A stretch of 64,000 bases of DNA, taken from Candidatus Lustribacter sp. (lineage in GTDB: Bacteria > Vulcanimicrobiota > Vulcanimicrobiia > Vulcanimicrobiales > Vulcanimicrobiaceae). The stretch is taken from positions 192,001-256,000 of the forward strand of contig OZ255842.1 in assembly GCA_965277805.1 (NCBI GenBank), read 5' to 3'. Shown here piece after piece: positions 29,000 through 38,058 of the stretch. The stretch's first letter is position 1; the number at the start of each line of letters is the position of its first letter. The notes beneath the pieces were generated by a model that was not told the DNA's origin, ran no database searches, and saw only the letters and a program-made list of their open reading frames with translations. A program made the position numbers and the translations under genes.

Positions 29000-29820
29000 G
29001 GCTTGTCGGTGGTGTCTTCGAACTTCTTGTCGCGATATTCGAGGGCGGCACCGAGACCTTGCGTGTGCACCTTGTCGAAGAACGGGTTTTCGCGCCAGAG
29101 GTTCGTTTCGGCGATCTGGAACGAGTACTGCATCGCCTCGCGATAGCCGCGCACTTGGTAGCTGAAGTTCATGCTGATTTTGTTGACGATCAGCCCCGAG
29201 AGCGGGATCATCGCGATGCGCTCGGCTAGCGCCTTCGTTTCTTTTTCGAGATCGGCGCGCGGAACCACGTGGTTCACCATACCGATCCGTTCGGCTTCCA
29301 CCGCCGAAATGCGATCGCCGGTGAACATCAGCTCCTTCGCTTTCTTGATCGGCATGTGCCACGGATAGGTCAAGCGGTGCGTGTGACCGCCCCAGCGCAC
29401 GGCGGGGTAGCCGAACTGGGCGTCGTCGGCGGCCATCGTGATGTCGCAGACGTTGGCGAGATCGCTGCCCGAGGCCAAGCAATAGCCGTGCACCGACGCG
29501 ATGAAGGGCTTCGGGCAATTCCACACCCGATCGAGAAAGGCGTAGCGGCGGCTGAAGAAGCGGCGGCTGCCTTCCGCATATTTCGGACGTGCACCCTCGA
29601 CCTCGGGGCCGATATCGTACCCGCTGGAAAAGCACTTTCCGTTGCCGCGCACGACGACGACGCTTATCGAATCGTCGTGTTCGATCTCATCGACGATCTG
29701 GCAGAAGACCACGAGCATGTCGTCGCGCATGGCGTTCATCTTATCCGGACGGTTCAGCGTGATGTAGAACGTCTTGTCTTCTTGGTGCGTTTGGAGAAAT
29801 TCGTGGGTGGGGTACGCCAT
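28996..29820 (-). CDS. enoyl-CoA hydratase/isomerase (crotonase) family protein
   Basis: ITLNRPDKMNA, FSSGYDI, VHGYCLASG, AKELMFTGDRISA. Confidence 0.88.
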   Translation of the reverse strand: MAYPTHEFLQTHQEDKTFYITLNRPDKMNAMRDDMLVVFCQIVDEIEHDDSISVVVVRGNGKCFSSGYDIGPEVEGARPKYAEGSRRFFSRRYAFLDRVWNCPKPFIASVHGYCLASGSDLANVCDITMAADDAQFGYPAVRWGGHTHRLTYPWHMPIKKAKELMFTGDRISAVEAERIGMVNHVVPRADLEKETKALAERIAMIPLSGLIVNKISMNFSYQVRGYREAMQYSFQIAETNLWRENPFFDKVHTQGLGAALEYRDKKFEDTTDKP

Positions 29821-29836
29821 GGTCGTCGTGTGCTCC

Positions 29837-30235
29837 CTATGCGGTTTGCGAGGTGGCCCGATCGCGGCGAACTGTTGCTCGGGCCGTTGCAACAACACCG
29901 TTCTGTGAAGACGCTTGCAGTTCGAAGACCCGCGGTTCGTCATCCGCCGCCGGGCCTTCGTGACCAGTGAATTCGATTGAGTCGCCGGCGCAGACGGCGC
30001 GCCGCAGTCGCACGTCGAGCGAACCGCCGGTGAGCCACTGCGGGCCGAACGCCCGCTCCATCAGGTACGCGAACGGATGCGCGGTGAGCGTGCCCCAGGA
30101 GATGATTCCCGGGAAGCCCCATTCGCGCGCGACCGCCTCGTCGGCGTGGACGTTTTCGCCGCAGCCGCCGTACGTGCGAATGAGCGCGGCGTCGAAAACG
30201 ATCGTCAGCGACTCCAGCGTCGCGTCGCTACTCAT
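29837..30235 (-). CDS. MaoC-like (R)-hydratase/dehydratase
   Basis: NVHADEAVAREWGFPGIISWG...LDVRLRRAVCAGD. Confidence 0.75.
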   Translation of the reverse strand: MSSDATLESLTIVFDAALIRTYGGCGENVHADEAVAREWGFPGIISWGTLTAHPFAYLMERAFGPQWLTGGSLDVRLRRAVCAGDSIEFTGHEGPAADDEPRVFELQASSQNGVVATARATVRRDRATSQTA

Positions 30236-32321
30236 TCGGCGGCCGGAGCAAGAGCAAGGCGTCGAGTGCAACCGCGCCGCCGCCATCGGTGAAGACGCCC
30301 AGCGGGTTCACTTCGATCGCTTCGAGATACGGCGCGGCTTGCGCGGCGAACTCCGAGAAACGCGCCAGCGCGTGCGCGGCGGCTTCAACGTCGAGCTTGC
30401 GCAGCGACGGCATCGCTCCGCCGCGCTTGGGTGAGAGCAATCGATCGAGCGCCGCGCGAGCACCGGCTTCGTCGACGGGCGCCATGCAAAACTGCGGCTT
30501 GCCGAGCGACTCGGCGAGCAAACCGCCGAAGCCGGCGAACACCGCGGTGCCGAAGCGGTCGTCGGGAACGCAGCCGAGGATCAGCTCTACCGGCGCCCGC
30601 ATCATCTTTTGAAGCAGCACGCCGCGCACGCGCGCGTCGGGCCGCGCTCGCCGCACGCTCTCGGCGATCGCCGCCATCGCCGCGAGCAACGCATCATCGC
30701 CGGCGATATTGAGCTTCACACCGCCGATATCGCTCTTGTGCTCGATGTCGACCGAGTCGACTTTGACGGCCAGCGGATAGCCGAGTTCGTGCGCTGCTGC
30801 GAGCGCTTCCTCGTTCGTTGCCGCGCGCCGCAGATCGACGACCGGCACCCCCGCTTCCTTAAGGAGAAGCAGGCTATCGGCTTCGGAGAGCCGGTCACCG
30901 AAGCGCGCGCGCGGATCCGCGAAGGCACCATCGGCCCGGGCGGACTTACGGCGGAGGCTGGTTTCGCGCGCCGCCGATGCGAGCATCAACCGTTCGACCG
31001 CGCCGAGCGCGCGATCGACGCCTTGCAGAATCGGCGTTCCGGTCGCGCGTGCAACGTCGATCATCTCCGGATCGATCGCGAGCGCAGCGCGCGTGAAGGC
31101 GACGTGCGGTTTGCCGCTGCGGTTCGCGGCTTCGGCAACGGCGCGAAAATCCGACGGGCGGCCGAACAGCCGCGTCATGATGAGGTTCACGCCGGGATCG
31201 GCGGCGGCGGTTTCGAGCACGGTGCCCGCGATTTCCGGTTCCGTCAACGGTCGCGTGCCGAGATCGAGCGGGTTGAAGAGCATCGTCGAATCGGGCAGCA
31301 CCGCGTGCAGCTGTTCCTGCATGCTCGCCGGCAGCGACGGCGTTTCGATGCCCACGTCGCTGGCTAGATCCAGCACCAGCGAGCAATCGCCGCCCGAGAT
31401 CGTGACGATGAGCGGGCGGACGGGATCCGGCAGCGGCTCGCGCAGTGCCGCCGCCAGCAGCGCCGTTTCGATGCAATCGTCGACGGTCGTCACGACCACG
31501 GCGCCGAGTTCGCGCAGAAACGCGTCCTGGATGTCGGTGCGCGTGGCCAACGCGCCGCTGTGCGCCGACGTTGCGCGCTGGCCGGCTTCGCTGCGGCCGA
31601 GCGGCAGCACCAGCACCGGCTTGCGCAGTTCGGCTGCGCGGATGAGCGTTTCACGCAGCAGCGGGACGTCGCGAATCTCTTCGAGCACGGCGATGACGAC
31701 GCTCGTGCGTCCGTCTTCGACCACGTAGCGCAGGAAGTCGGACGCGTTGAGGATGCCCTCGCTGCCGGTGGCGATGAGATAGCTGAAGCCGAAGCCGCGC
31801 TCGAGTGCGGCGAGGGCCAAGATGTTTGCGAAGCCGCCGCTCTGCGCGACGACGGCGATGTTGCCGGCCGGAATCGGCAGATCGTTGCCGCCGCAAAACG
31901 GCGTGAGGTGCAGGTGCGGCACGGCAAACCCGAACGCGCCCGGCCCGTTGAGGGCGATGCCGTGTTCGCGTGCGGTTCGCTGCACATCGGCGAGTAAGGC
32001 CATGCCGGCCGCGCCGGCGTCGGCAAAACCGGTACTGACGACGACCGCGGCGCGGACGCCCGCGCCCGCCGCCTCAACGAGCACCTGCGCGACCATCGTC
32101 GCGCGCACGGCAACGACGATCAGATCGGGAACGGCGGGCAGCGCCGCGAGCGACGGGTACGCGGGATAGCCGAAGACTTCACTGCGGTTCGGGTTGATCA
32201 TCCAGATCGGTCCCGGAAAACCGTCGACCTTGAGGCGCGTCGCCATTCCGCTCAGCAGCGCCGAGCGTGGACTCGCGCCGACGAAGGCGATCGACGTCGC
32301 GCCGAAGAGACGTTCGATCAT
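30228..32321 (-). CDS. acyl-CoA synthetase (NDP-forming), fused CoA-binding + ATP-grasp
   Basis: SIAFVGAS, VAQSGG, phospho-His motif AHSGALA, HKSDIGGVKL, EVNPL. Confidence 0.88.
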   Translation of the reverse strand: MIERLFGATSIAFVGASPRSALLSGMATRLKVDGFPGPIWMINPNRSEVFGYPAYPSLAALPAVPDLIVVAVRATMVAQVLVEAAGAGVRAAVVVSTGFADAGAAGMALLADVQRTAREHGIALNGPGAFGFAVPHLHLTPFCGGNDLPIPAGNIAVVAQSGGFANILALAALERGFGFSYLIATGSEGILNASDFLRYVVEDGRTSVVIAVLEEIRDVPLLRETLIRAAELRKPVLVLPLGRSEAGQRATSAHSGALATRTDIQDAFLRELGAVVVTTVDDCIETALLAAALREPLPDPVRPLIVTISGGDCSLVLDLASDVGIETPSLPASMQEQLHAVLPDSTMLFNPLDLGTRPLTEPEIAGTVLETAAADPGVNLIMTRLFGRPSDFRAVAEAANRSGKPHVAFTRAALAIDPEMIDVARATGTPILQGVDRALGAVERLMLASAARETSLRRKSARADGAFADPRARFGDRLSEADSLLLLKEAGVPVVDLRRAATNEEALAAAHELGYPLAVKVDSVDIEHKSDIGGVKLNIAGDDALLAAMAAIAESVRRARPDARVRGVLLQKMMRAPVELILGCVPDDRFGTAVFAGFGGLLAESLGKPQFCMAPVDEAGARAALDRLLSPKRGGAMPSLRKLDVEAAAHALARFSEFAAQAAPYLEAIEVNPLGVFTDGGGAVALDALLLLRPPNE

Positions 32322-33136
32322 GCCGCCGCCCGCAGCTTCGGATCGAGCGCGTCGGAGAGCCAGTTGCCGAACGCATTCGCGAGCATGATGGTGAGCATCA
32401 TCGCAAGGGCCGGCGTGAGCGGGACCCAAGGGGCAGTTTCAAGGTAGAGTTTCCCTTCCGCAATCGTCGAGCCCCACGCGCCCCCTTCGGGCGAGAGTCC
32501 GAGGCCGAGAAACGCGAGCGAACTTTCGAGCAGAATCACGCGCCCGATATCGAGCGTGAGCAACACGACCACGGCGTTGATCACGTTGGGCAGAAAATGG
32601 CGTACCAGGATCGTCGCCGTCCGCGTGCCGCAGACGATCGCGGCATCGACGAATTCCATCGAACGCAACGAGAGCACCTCGCCGCGCACGAAGCGTGCGT
32701 ACCGTGCCCACGTCACCAGCATCAGCGACACGACCACGCTCCAAAAGCCGGGCCCGATCACCGCCACGAGAAACAGCGCGATCATCACGGCAGGCAGCGA
32801 GAGCATCGCATCGGTGATGCGCATCAGCACCTCATCCCACCGGCCGCCGAGGAACCCGGCCGCCATTCCGATGCCGGTTCCGATGACGCCCGCGGTGGCG
32901 ATGACGAGCGTCGTGATCGCGAGCGATAAGCTGGCGCCGGTGAGCGTGCGGCTGAGAATATCGCGGCCGAGCTGATCGGTTCCCAGCAGATGATGGAGGT
33001 CATGAAAGGGCGGAATGAAGCGCAGCGTCAGATCGACTTCGCTCGGGTCCTGCGGTGCGATGAACTTGCCGGCCAGTCCGACGACGACGAGCAGGACGAA
33101 CGCAATCGGCAGAGCACGCGAAAACGCGACGTTCAT
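32318..33136 (-). CDS. peptide ABC transporter permease (OppC/DppC-like)
   Basis: HLLGTDQLGRDILSR, EAA loop FVDAAIVCG, ESSLAFLGLG. Confidence 0.92.
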   Translation of the reverse strand: MNVAFSRALPIAFVLLVVVGLAGKFIAPQDPSEVDLTLRFIPPFHDLHHLLGTDQLGRDILSRTLTGASLSLAITTLVIATAGVIGTGIGMAAGFLGGRWDEVLMRITDAMLSLPAVMIALFLVAVIGPGFWSVVVSLMLVTWARYARFVRGEVLSLRSMEFVDAAIVCGTRTATILVRHFLPNVINAVVVLLTLDIGRVILLESSLAFLGLGLSPEGGAWGSTIAEGKLYLETAPWVPLTPALAMMLTIMLANAFGNWLSDALDPKLRAAA

Positions 33137-34056
33137 GCTGATGCAATTCTCGTGCGCGGATCGATGAAGCCGTAGATCACGTCGACGATCAAATTGATCG
33201 ACACAAACGCGCAGGTCGTCACCAGCACGATGCCCTCGACGACGGGGAAATCGCGGCCGGTGATCGCCTCGACCGCCGTGCGTCCGAGTCCCGGCAGCGC
33301 GAACATCGTTTCGGTCACGACGGTACCGGTCAGCAACGTCGCGAGAATCAAGCTGAAGATCGTCACCACCGGAACGAGCGCGTTGCGCAGCGCGTGCTCG
33401 TAGACGATCTGATCGGCGCGCAGCCCTTTCGCGCGCGCGGTCGTGACGTAATCCGAGCCCAGCGCCTTGATCATGCTGACGCGCGTGACGCGAATCATCG
33501 ACGCGAGGCCGAACCAGCCCAGCGTAACCGCCGGTAAGACGTAGCCTTGCGGCAAGTCGATGCCGGCGGCCGGCAACCAGCGCAGGCGCACGGAAAACAG
33601 CAAGATGCCGGCGAGCGCGGTCACGAAGATCGGCACCGACTGCCCGAGCAGCGCAAAGAAAAGAATCGCGCGATCGATCGCGGTGCCGCGGTGACGGGCC
33701 GAAGAAATGCCGAGCGGCAATCCGAGTCCGAGCGTGATCGCACCGGCCAGCAGCGCCAAGGTCAGCGTCACCGGCATGCGATCCAAGATCAGGTTCGCGA
33801 CCGGTTCGTGCCACTTGTACGACATGCCGAGGTTGCCGTGGGCAACGTCGCCGATGTATTCGACGTATTGCTGCCAGAGTGGGCGGTCGAGGTGCAAGAG
33901 TTGACGCAACGCCGTGCGGTCGTCGTCGGTCGCGATCGGCGGAAGGAGCGACGCGGTCGGATCGCCTGTGCTGCGCGACACGACGAACGTGAACGTGAGC
34001 AAAACGAAAACGGTGAGGAACGCGAGCATCACGCGTTTGGCAAGATACGATGTCAA
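33133..34056 (-). CDS. peptide ABC transporter permease (OppB/DppB-like)
   Basis: HGNLGMSY, DYVTTARAKG, HALRNAL, ETMFALPGLG, FIDPR. TTG start inferred. Confidence 0.92.
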   Translation of the reverse strand: MTSYLAKRVMLAFLTVFVLLTFTFVVSRSTGDPTASLLPPIATDDDRTALRQLLHLDRPLWQQYVEYIGDVAHGNLGMSYKWHEPVANLILDRMPVTLTLALLAGAITLGLGLPLGISSARHRGTAIDRAILFFALLGQSVPIFVTALAGILLFSVRLRWLPAAGIDLPQGYVLPAVTLGWFGLASMIRVTRVSMIKALGSDYVTTARAKGLRADQIVYEHALRNALVPVVTIFSLILATLLTGTVVTETMFALPGLGRTAVEAITGRDFPVVEGIVLVTTCAFVSINLIVDVIYGFIDPRTRIASA

Positions 34057-34192
34057 AGGCTGAACCGCACGTCCGGGTACTATGGCGCGCCATTCTGCAC
34101 TTCCTGGAGCGCGCATCGCGTGCAGGTCGACTCGCCGAGCGCCGCACAATAGAATCCGTTCAGTCGACCGCGATCGAAAAGGAGATTCGACT

Positions 34193-35722
34193 TTGTTCCA
34201 TCGTATCACCGCGGCCCTCACCATCGTTCTCTGCACGCTCGGCGGCCTCGCCGCATCGGCGGCTAATGCGCCGGATACGCGACCGTCGATCGTTTACGCG
34301 ACGCCGGCGGTGCCCGACAGCATGGATCCCCACAAGCTCGCGGGTTCGGTGAGCACGCGTCTCAACGCGAATCTGTTCGATACGCTCATCCAGCTCAATT
34401 CGCAAGCCGGCCGCGGCCCGCGCTTGGTGCCCGATCTGGCAACCTCGTGGACCGTCGCCGCCGACGGCAAATCGATCGATTTCCAACTCCGCCCGCACGT
34501 GTTGTTCCATAACGGCAAGACGCTGACGGCCGACGACGTCAAGTTTTCACTTGAACGTGCAATCAACCCGAAGACCAAGGATCCGTTCGCGACGTACATG
34601 CGCAATCTCGTCAGCGTCGAGATTCTCTCGCCGTTGAGCGTGCGTCTGCACCTCTCGGAACCGTGGATCGGAACGCTGGACGGGCTCGCGGCGGGCGGTC
34701 AGATCTTGCCGAAAGCGTACGTCGAGCAGGTCGGCGACGACGGCTTCGCGGCGCATCCGGTCGGCACGGGACCGTTCATGTTCGTCGACCGGAAGATCGG
34801 CGACTCGATCACGTTCGCGGCCTTCGATCAGTACTGGGCCGGCAAGCCTGCGATTTCCAAAGTGCTCTGGCGATCGGTGCCGGATCCGAACAGCCGCGTT
34901 TCGCTGCTCACGAGCGGCGGCGCCGACCTCATCACCGATGTCCCGTCAAGCCTGGTGGACTCGGTGCGCAAAAGCGGCGCGCACGTCGACTACCTCACTG
35001 GGCCGGTGCAGCGTTTCATCGTGATCAACACGCTCAAAGGCGGGCCGCTGGCCGACAAACGAGTGCGCATGGCATTGAACGTCGCGCTCGACCGCAACGC
35101 GATCTTGTCCGCGGTCTTCGGCCGCAGCGTGGCGCAACTCGAGGGACCGCTCGCGCCGCAGCAAATCGGCGGGGCCGGCAAGCTCAACTATCCGTACGAC
35201 CCGAAGCGAGCGAAGGCGCTCTTGGCCGAGGCCGGATACGCCAACGGCTTTTCGACCGAGTTGATCTATCCACCGGGCCGATACACCGGCGATGAAGAAC
35301 TGTTGCCGACGCTGGCCTCGTATTGGAAGCGAGTCGGCATCACCGTGGCGCTCAAAGCCACCGACTATAGCGAATGGCTGGAATCCGTGCACGAGAAGAC
35401 CTATCCGGGCTTAGCGGACTTCTCCAAGAACGACTTGCCGGTAAGCGATCCGTTCAGCGCGTTCGACCGGCACATCCGGTGCGGCGCGTCCTATAGCGCG
35501 TACTGCAACAAGCAGCTCGATGCACTGATCGACACCGTCAACGCCGAAATCGACGTGCCGAAGCTCACCGCCGTGTTCAGCAAGGCGCAGCAGATCGCCC
35601 ACGATGATGCGGTGCAAGTCTTCCTCTACCAGGAGCCCGGGATCATCGGCCTGCGCAAAGGCCTGAACTGGAACAGCAACTACAGCCCCGACACCGGTCT
35701 CGGCTGGTACGTCCTCCGCTAA
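34193..35722 (+). CDS. family 5 (peptide/nickel) ABC substrate-binding protein
   Basis: AAGGAG Shine-Dalgarno + TTG; PDLATSW, FHNGKTLTADDVKFS, PVGTGPF, YDPKRAKALLAEAG. Confidence 0.92.
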   Translation: MFHRITAALTIVLCTLGGLAASAANAPDTRPSIVYATPAVPDSMDPHKLAGSVSTRLNANLFDTLIQLNSQAGRGPRLVPDLATSWTVAADGKSIDFQLRPHVLFHNGKTLTADDVKFSLERAINPKTKDPFATYMRNLVSVEILSPLSVRLHLSEPWIGTLDGLAAGGQILPKAYVEQVGDDGFAAHPVGTGPFMFVDRKIGDSITFAAFDQYWAGKPAISKVLWRSVPDPNSRVSLLTSGGADLITDVPSSLVDSVRKSGAHVDYLTGPVQRFIVINTLKGGPLADKRVRMALNVALDRNAILSAVFGRSVAQLEGPLAPQQIGGAGKLNYPYDPKRAKALLAEAGYANGFSTELIYPPGRYTGDEELLPTLASYWKRVGITVALKATDYSEWLESVHEKTYPGLADFSKNDLPVSDPFSAFDRHIRCGASYSAYCNKQLDALIDTVNAEIDVPKLTAVFSKAQQIAHDDAVQVFLYQEPGIIGLRKGLNWNSNYSPDTGLGWYVLR

Positions 35723-35748
35723 CATCGGTTCACCGAAGGAGTCGAGTC

Positions 35749-36162
35749 ATGGCAAAATTGCGGCATCTGGCGATCGTCGTGGACGATCTCGAACAATCGG
35801 CGTGCTTCTATGAGAAGATCTTCGAGATGACGCGGGCCTACGAAGCGAAGGGGCGCGCGATCTACCTCACCGATGGGCTCGTGAACTTGGCGCTCTTGAG
35901 CAGCGCGAACAAGCCGTCACCCGGCGCCAAGGAACCGAACGCGCACGGCATCAGCCACTTCGGCTTTCGCATTGCAGACTTTGCGTCGACCGAAGCAGCC
36001 CTTACCGAAGCCGGCGCGACCTACGCCTACGACCTCGGCGATCCCAACGGCATGAACTACGAGCGCAAGTGGCGCGACCCCGAGGGCATCCTGTTCGACG
36101 TCTCCGAGAAGGGCTGGTACGGCGCCCTCGATGAGGCCGAGGAGCCGGCGCAGGTCCACTAA
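35749..36162 (+). CDS. VOC/glyoxalase family protein
   Basis: LRHLAIVV, GISHFGF, KWRDPEGILFD. Confidence 0.85.
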   Translation: MAKLRHLAIVVDDLEQSACFYEKIFEMTRAYEAKGRAIYLTDGLVNLALLSSANKPSPGAKEPNAHGISHFGFRIADFASTEAALTEAGATYAYDLGDPNGMNYERKWRDPEGILFDVSEKGWYGALDEAEEPAQVH

Positions 36163-36231
36163 GGGGCCGGTCGCCGTCTCCTCGGCGCCCGCCCGTCGAG
36201 GGACCCTCCGGAGCGTCGAGAATACTTCCAT

Positions 36232-37443
36232 ATGGCCACGACGCAAGAGCAAAATGAACGGCTGACCCAGATCGGCCCCGGAACCTTCATGGGGAACCTA
36301 CTGCGACGCTACTGGCACCCGGTGGGCGTCACGCTCGAACTCGACGAGAACCCGGTGAAAGCCGTGCGCGTTCTCGGCGAAGACCTGACGCTCTACCGCG
36401 ATAAGAGCGGCAGCTACGGCCTCGTCGGCCAGCGTTGCTTGCACCGCGGCGTCGCGCTCGTGCGCGGAATTCCGGAAGACTGCGGGCTGCGTTGCCCGTA
36501 TCACGGCTGGCTCTACGATGCCACCGGTCAGTGCATCGAGCAGCCGTTCGAAGATCGCGTCAACCCGGAAGCGCGCTACAAAGACCGCATCAAACTTGCG
36601 GGTTATCCCGTGCAAGAATTGGGCGGCATGATCTTTGCCTACCTCGGGCCGCTTCCGGCGCCGCTCTTGCCGCGCTGGGATCTGCTGGTCGAACCCGATC
36701 TCGACCGCGAAGCCAACGTCTTCCCGATTCCGTGTAACTGGCTGCAGTGCATGGACAACTCCGTCGATCCGGTGCACTTCGAATTCTTGCACGGCATCTT
36801 CGGCAACTACGAACTCGCGAAACAGGGCAAGCCGCCCGCGATGTTCCCGGCCAAGCACATCAAAATCGCGTTCGACGTCTACGAGTACGGCATCATGAAG
36901 CGCCGTCTGCTCGAAGGCGAACCGGAAACGTCCGATGACTGGACCACCGGCCATCCGTTGATCTTCCCGCTCACGCTCGCGCAGGGCGGCAAAGGCCAGG
37001 CGTCGTTCCAATTCCGTCTGCCGGTCGACGATACGCACACGGTCCAGACGTTCTACCGCACGAAGAAGCGCGCGCCGGGCGAAGCGCCCAAGCCGTTCAT
37101 GATGACGTACGAGCGTCTCTTCGACAACGATGCCGTCGTGCCGGGCGATAAGATTCCCAACCAAGATTTCATCGCGTGGGTCTCGCAAGGCCCGATCTCC
37201 GATCGTCCGATGGAACATTTGACGGCGATCGACACCGGCGTCATCCTCTATCACAAGCTGCTGCTCGAAAATGCAGCGAAGGTAGAGAAGGGCGAGGATC
37301 CGATGGGCACGATTCGCGACGCTGCGAAAAACGAACCGTGGATTGAGATCCCGCGCGAAGATCACGCTCTCGCTGCGTTCAAGATCGCCCGCGAGTTCGA
37401 AGATCGCACCTTCGACTACACGAAAGAACCCGCCGCGCGGTAG
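36232..37443 (+). CDS. Rieske non-heme iron oxygenase alpha subunit (LigXa/phthalate-dioxygenase clade)
   Basis: CLH...CPYHGW Rieske motif; DPVHFEFLH and NQD mononuclear-Fe ligands. Confidence 0.9.
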   Translation: MATTQEQNERLTQIGPGTFMGNLLRRYWHPVGVTLELDENPVKAVRVLGEDLTLYRDKSGSYGLVGQRCLHRGVALVRGIPEDCGLRCPYHGWLYDATGQCIEQPFEDRVNPEARYKDRIKLAGYPVQELGGMIFAYLGPLPAPLLPRWDLLVEPDLDREANVFPIPCNWLQCMDNSVDPVHFEFLHGIFGNYELAKQGKPPAMFPAKHIKIAFDVYEYGIMKRRLLEGEPETSDDWTTGHPLIFPLTLAQGGKGQASFQFRLPVDDTHTVQTFYRTKKRAPGEAPKPFMMTYERLFDNDAVVPGDKIPNQDFIAWVSQGPISDRPMEHLTAIDTGVILYHKLLLENAAKVEKGEDPMGTIRDAAKNEPWIEIPREDHALAAFKIAREFEDRTFDYTKEPAAR

Positions 37444-37514
37444 CACAAAGTGACGGGCGTTACTCGCTGACGCCTGTCTAGGGAAATTCCCAGGAAGCCC
37501 TGAAAAGGGGCTGC

Positions 37515-38033
37515 GTGCTTTTCCGCAAGTTTGTTTTGCAAACGGCTGCGTTTGCAGTGTTGTCCGTGCTCGTTGCGGGCAACGCTCAAGCGCAGACCAA
37601 GGCGACCGTCAGGACGGCGACGACCTCGCCGCTAACGATCAATCTCACCACCGGCACGACGCCGGCCGCAGCGGGCGTGAAGCGGCTAGCCTTTACGACC
37701 GCCGCGCTTACGGTGAACCTCGTTGCCGGCGCACCCGCCTCGGCCGCAGCGGGCGTGAAGCGGCTAGCGTTCACGACCGCCGCGCTTACGGTGAACCTGG
37801 TTGCCGGCGCACCCGCCGCGGCCGCAGCCGGCGTGAAGCGGCAAGCGTTCACGACCGCCGCGCTTCCGATCAACCTGGTTGCCGGCGCAGCCCCCGCGGC
37901 CGCAGCCGGCGTGAAGCGGCTGGCGTTCACGACCGCAATCCTCGCGTTCAACCTTAGTTCGCAGTCTACGCCGCAAGCGGGAACGACGAAGCGAGCCGCA
38001 ACGACTCAGCCCCTGGTTTTCACCCTAAAATGA
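37515..38033 (+). CDS. secreted tandem-repeat protein of unknown function
   Basis: Sec signal ending AQA; four near-identical 26-aa repeats plus two degenerate ones; no Asp or Glu in the protein. Confidence 0.75.
   Translation: MLFRKFVLQTAAFAVLSVLVAGNAQAQTKATVRTATTSPLTINLTTGTTPAAAGVKRLAFTTAALTVNLVAGAPASAAAGVKRLAFTTAALTVNLVAGAPAAAAAGVKRQAFTTAALPINLVAGAAPAAAAGVKRLAFTTAILAFNLSSQSTPQAGTTKRAATTQPLVFTLK
37664..37955 (+). repeat. 78-bp in-frame coding tandem repeat (about 3.7 copies)
   Basis: GGCCGCAGC(G/C)GGCGTGAAGCGGC starts at 37664, 37742, 37820 and 37898 (exact 78-bp period). Confidence 0.95.
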
Positions 38034-38058
38034 CTACCGCACTAATGGAGACCATCGT

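Noticed and set aside
28013-29635. Apparent long N-terminal extensions or fusions in the ORF track (also 2495, 13085, 32318..34147, 43757, 48775, 56252, 60756..61943)
   Set aside because: The extensions overlap neighbouring real genes; internal starts with Shine-Dalgarno or stop/start overlaps give normal-length proteins.
37664-37955. 78-bp repeats as a CRISPR array
   Set aside because: The whole unit repeats with no unique spacers, the period is a multiple of 3, it lies in frame within a signal-peptide ORF, and no cas genes are present.
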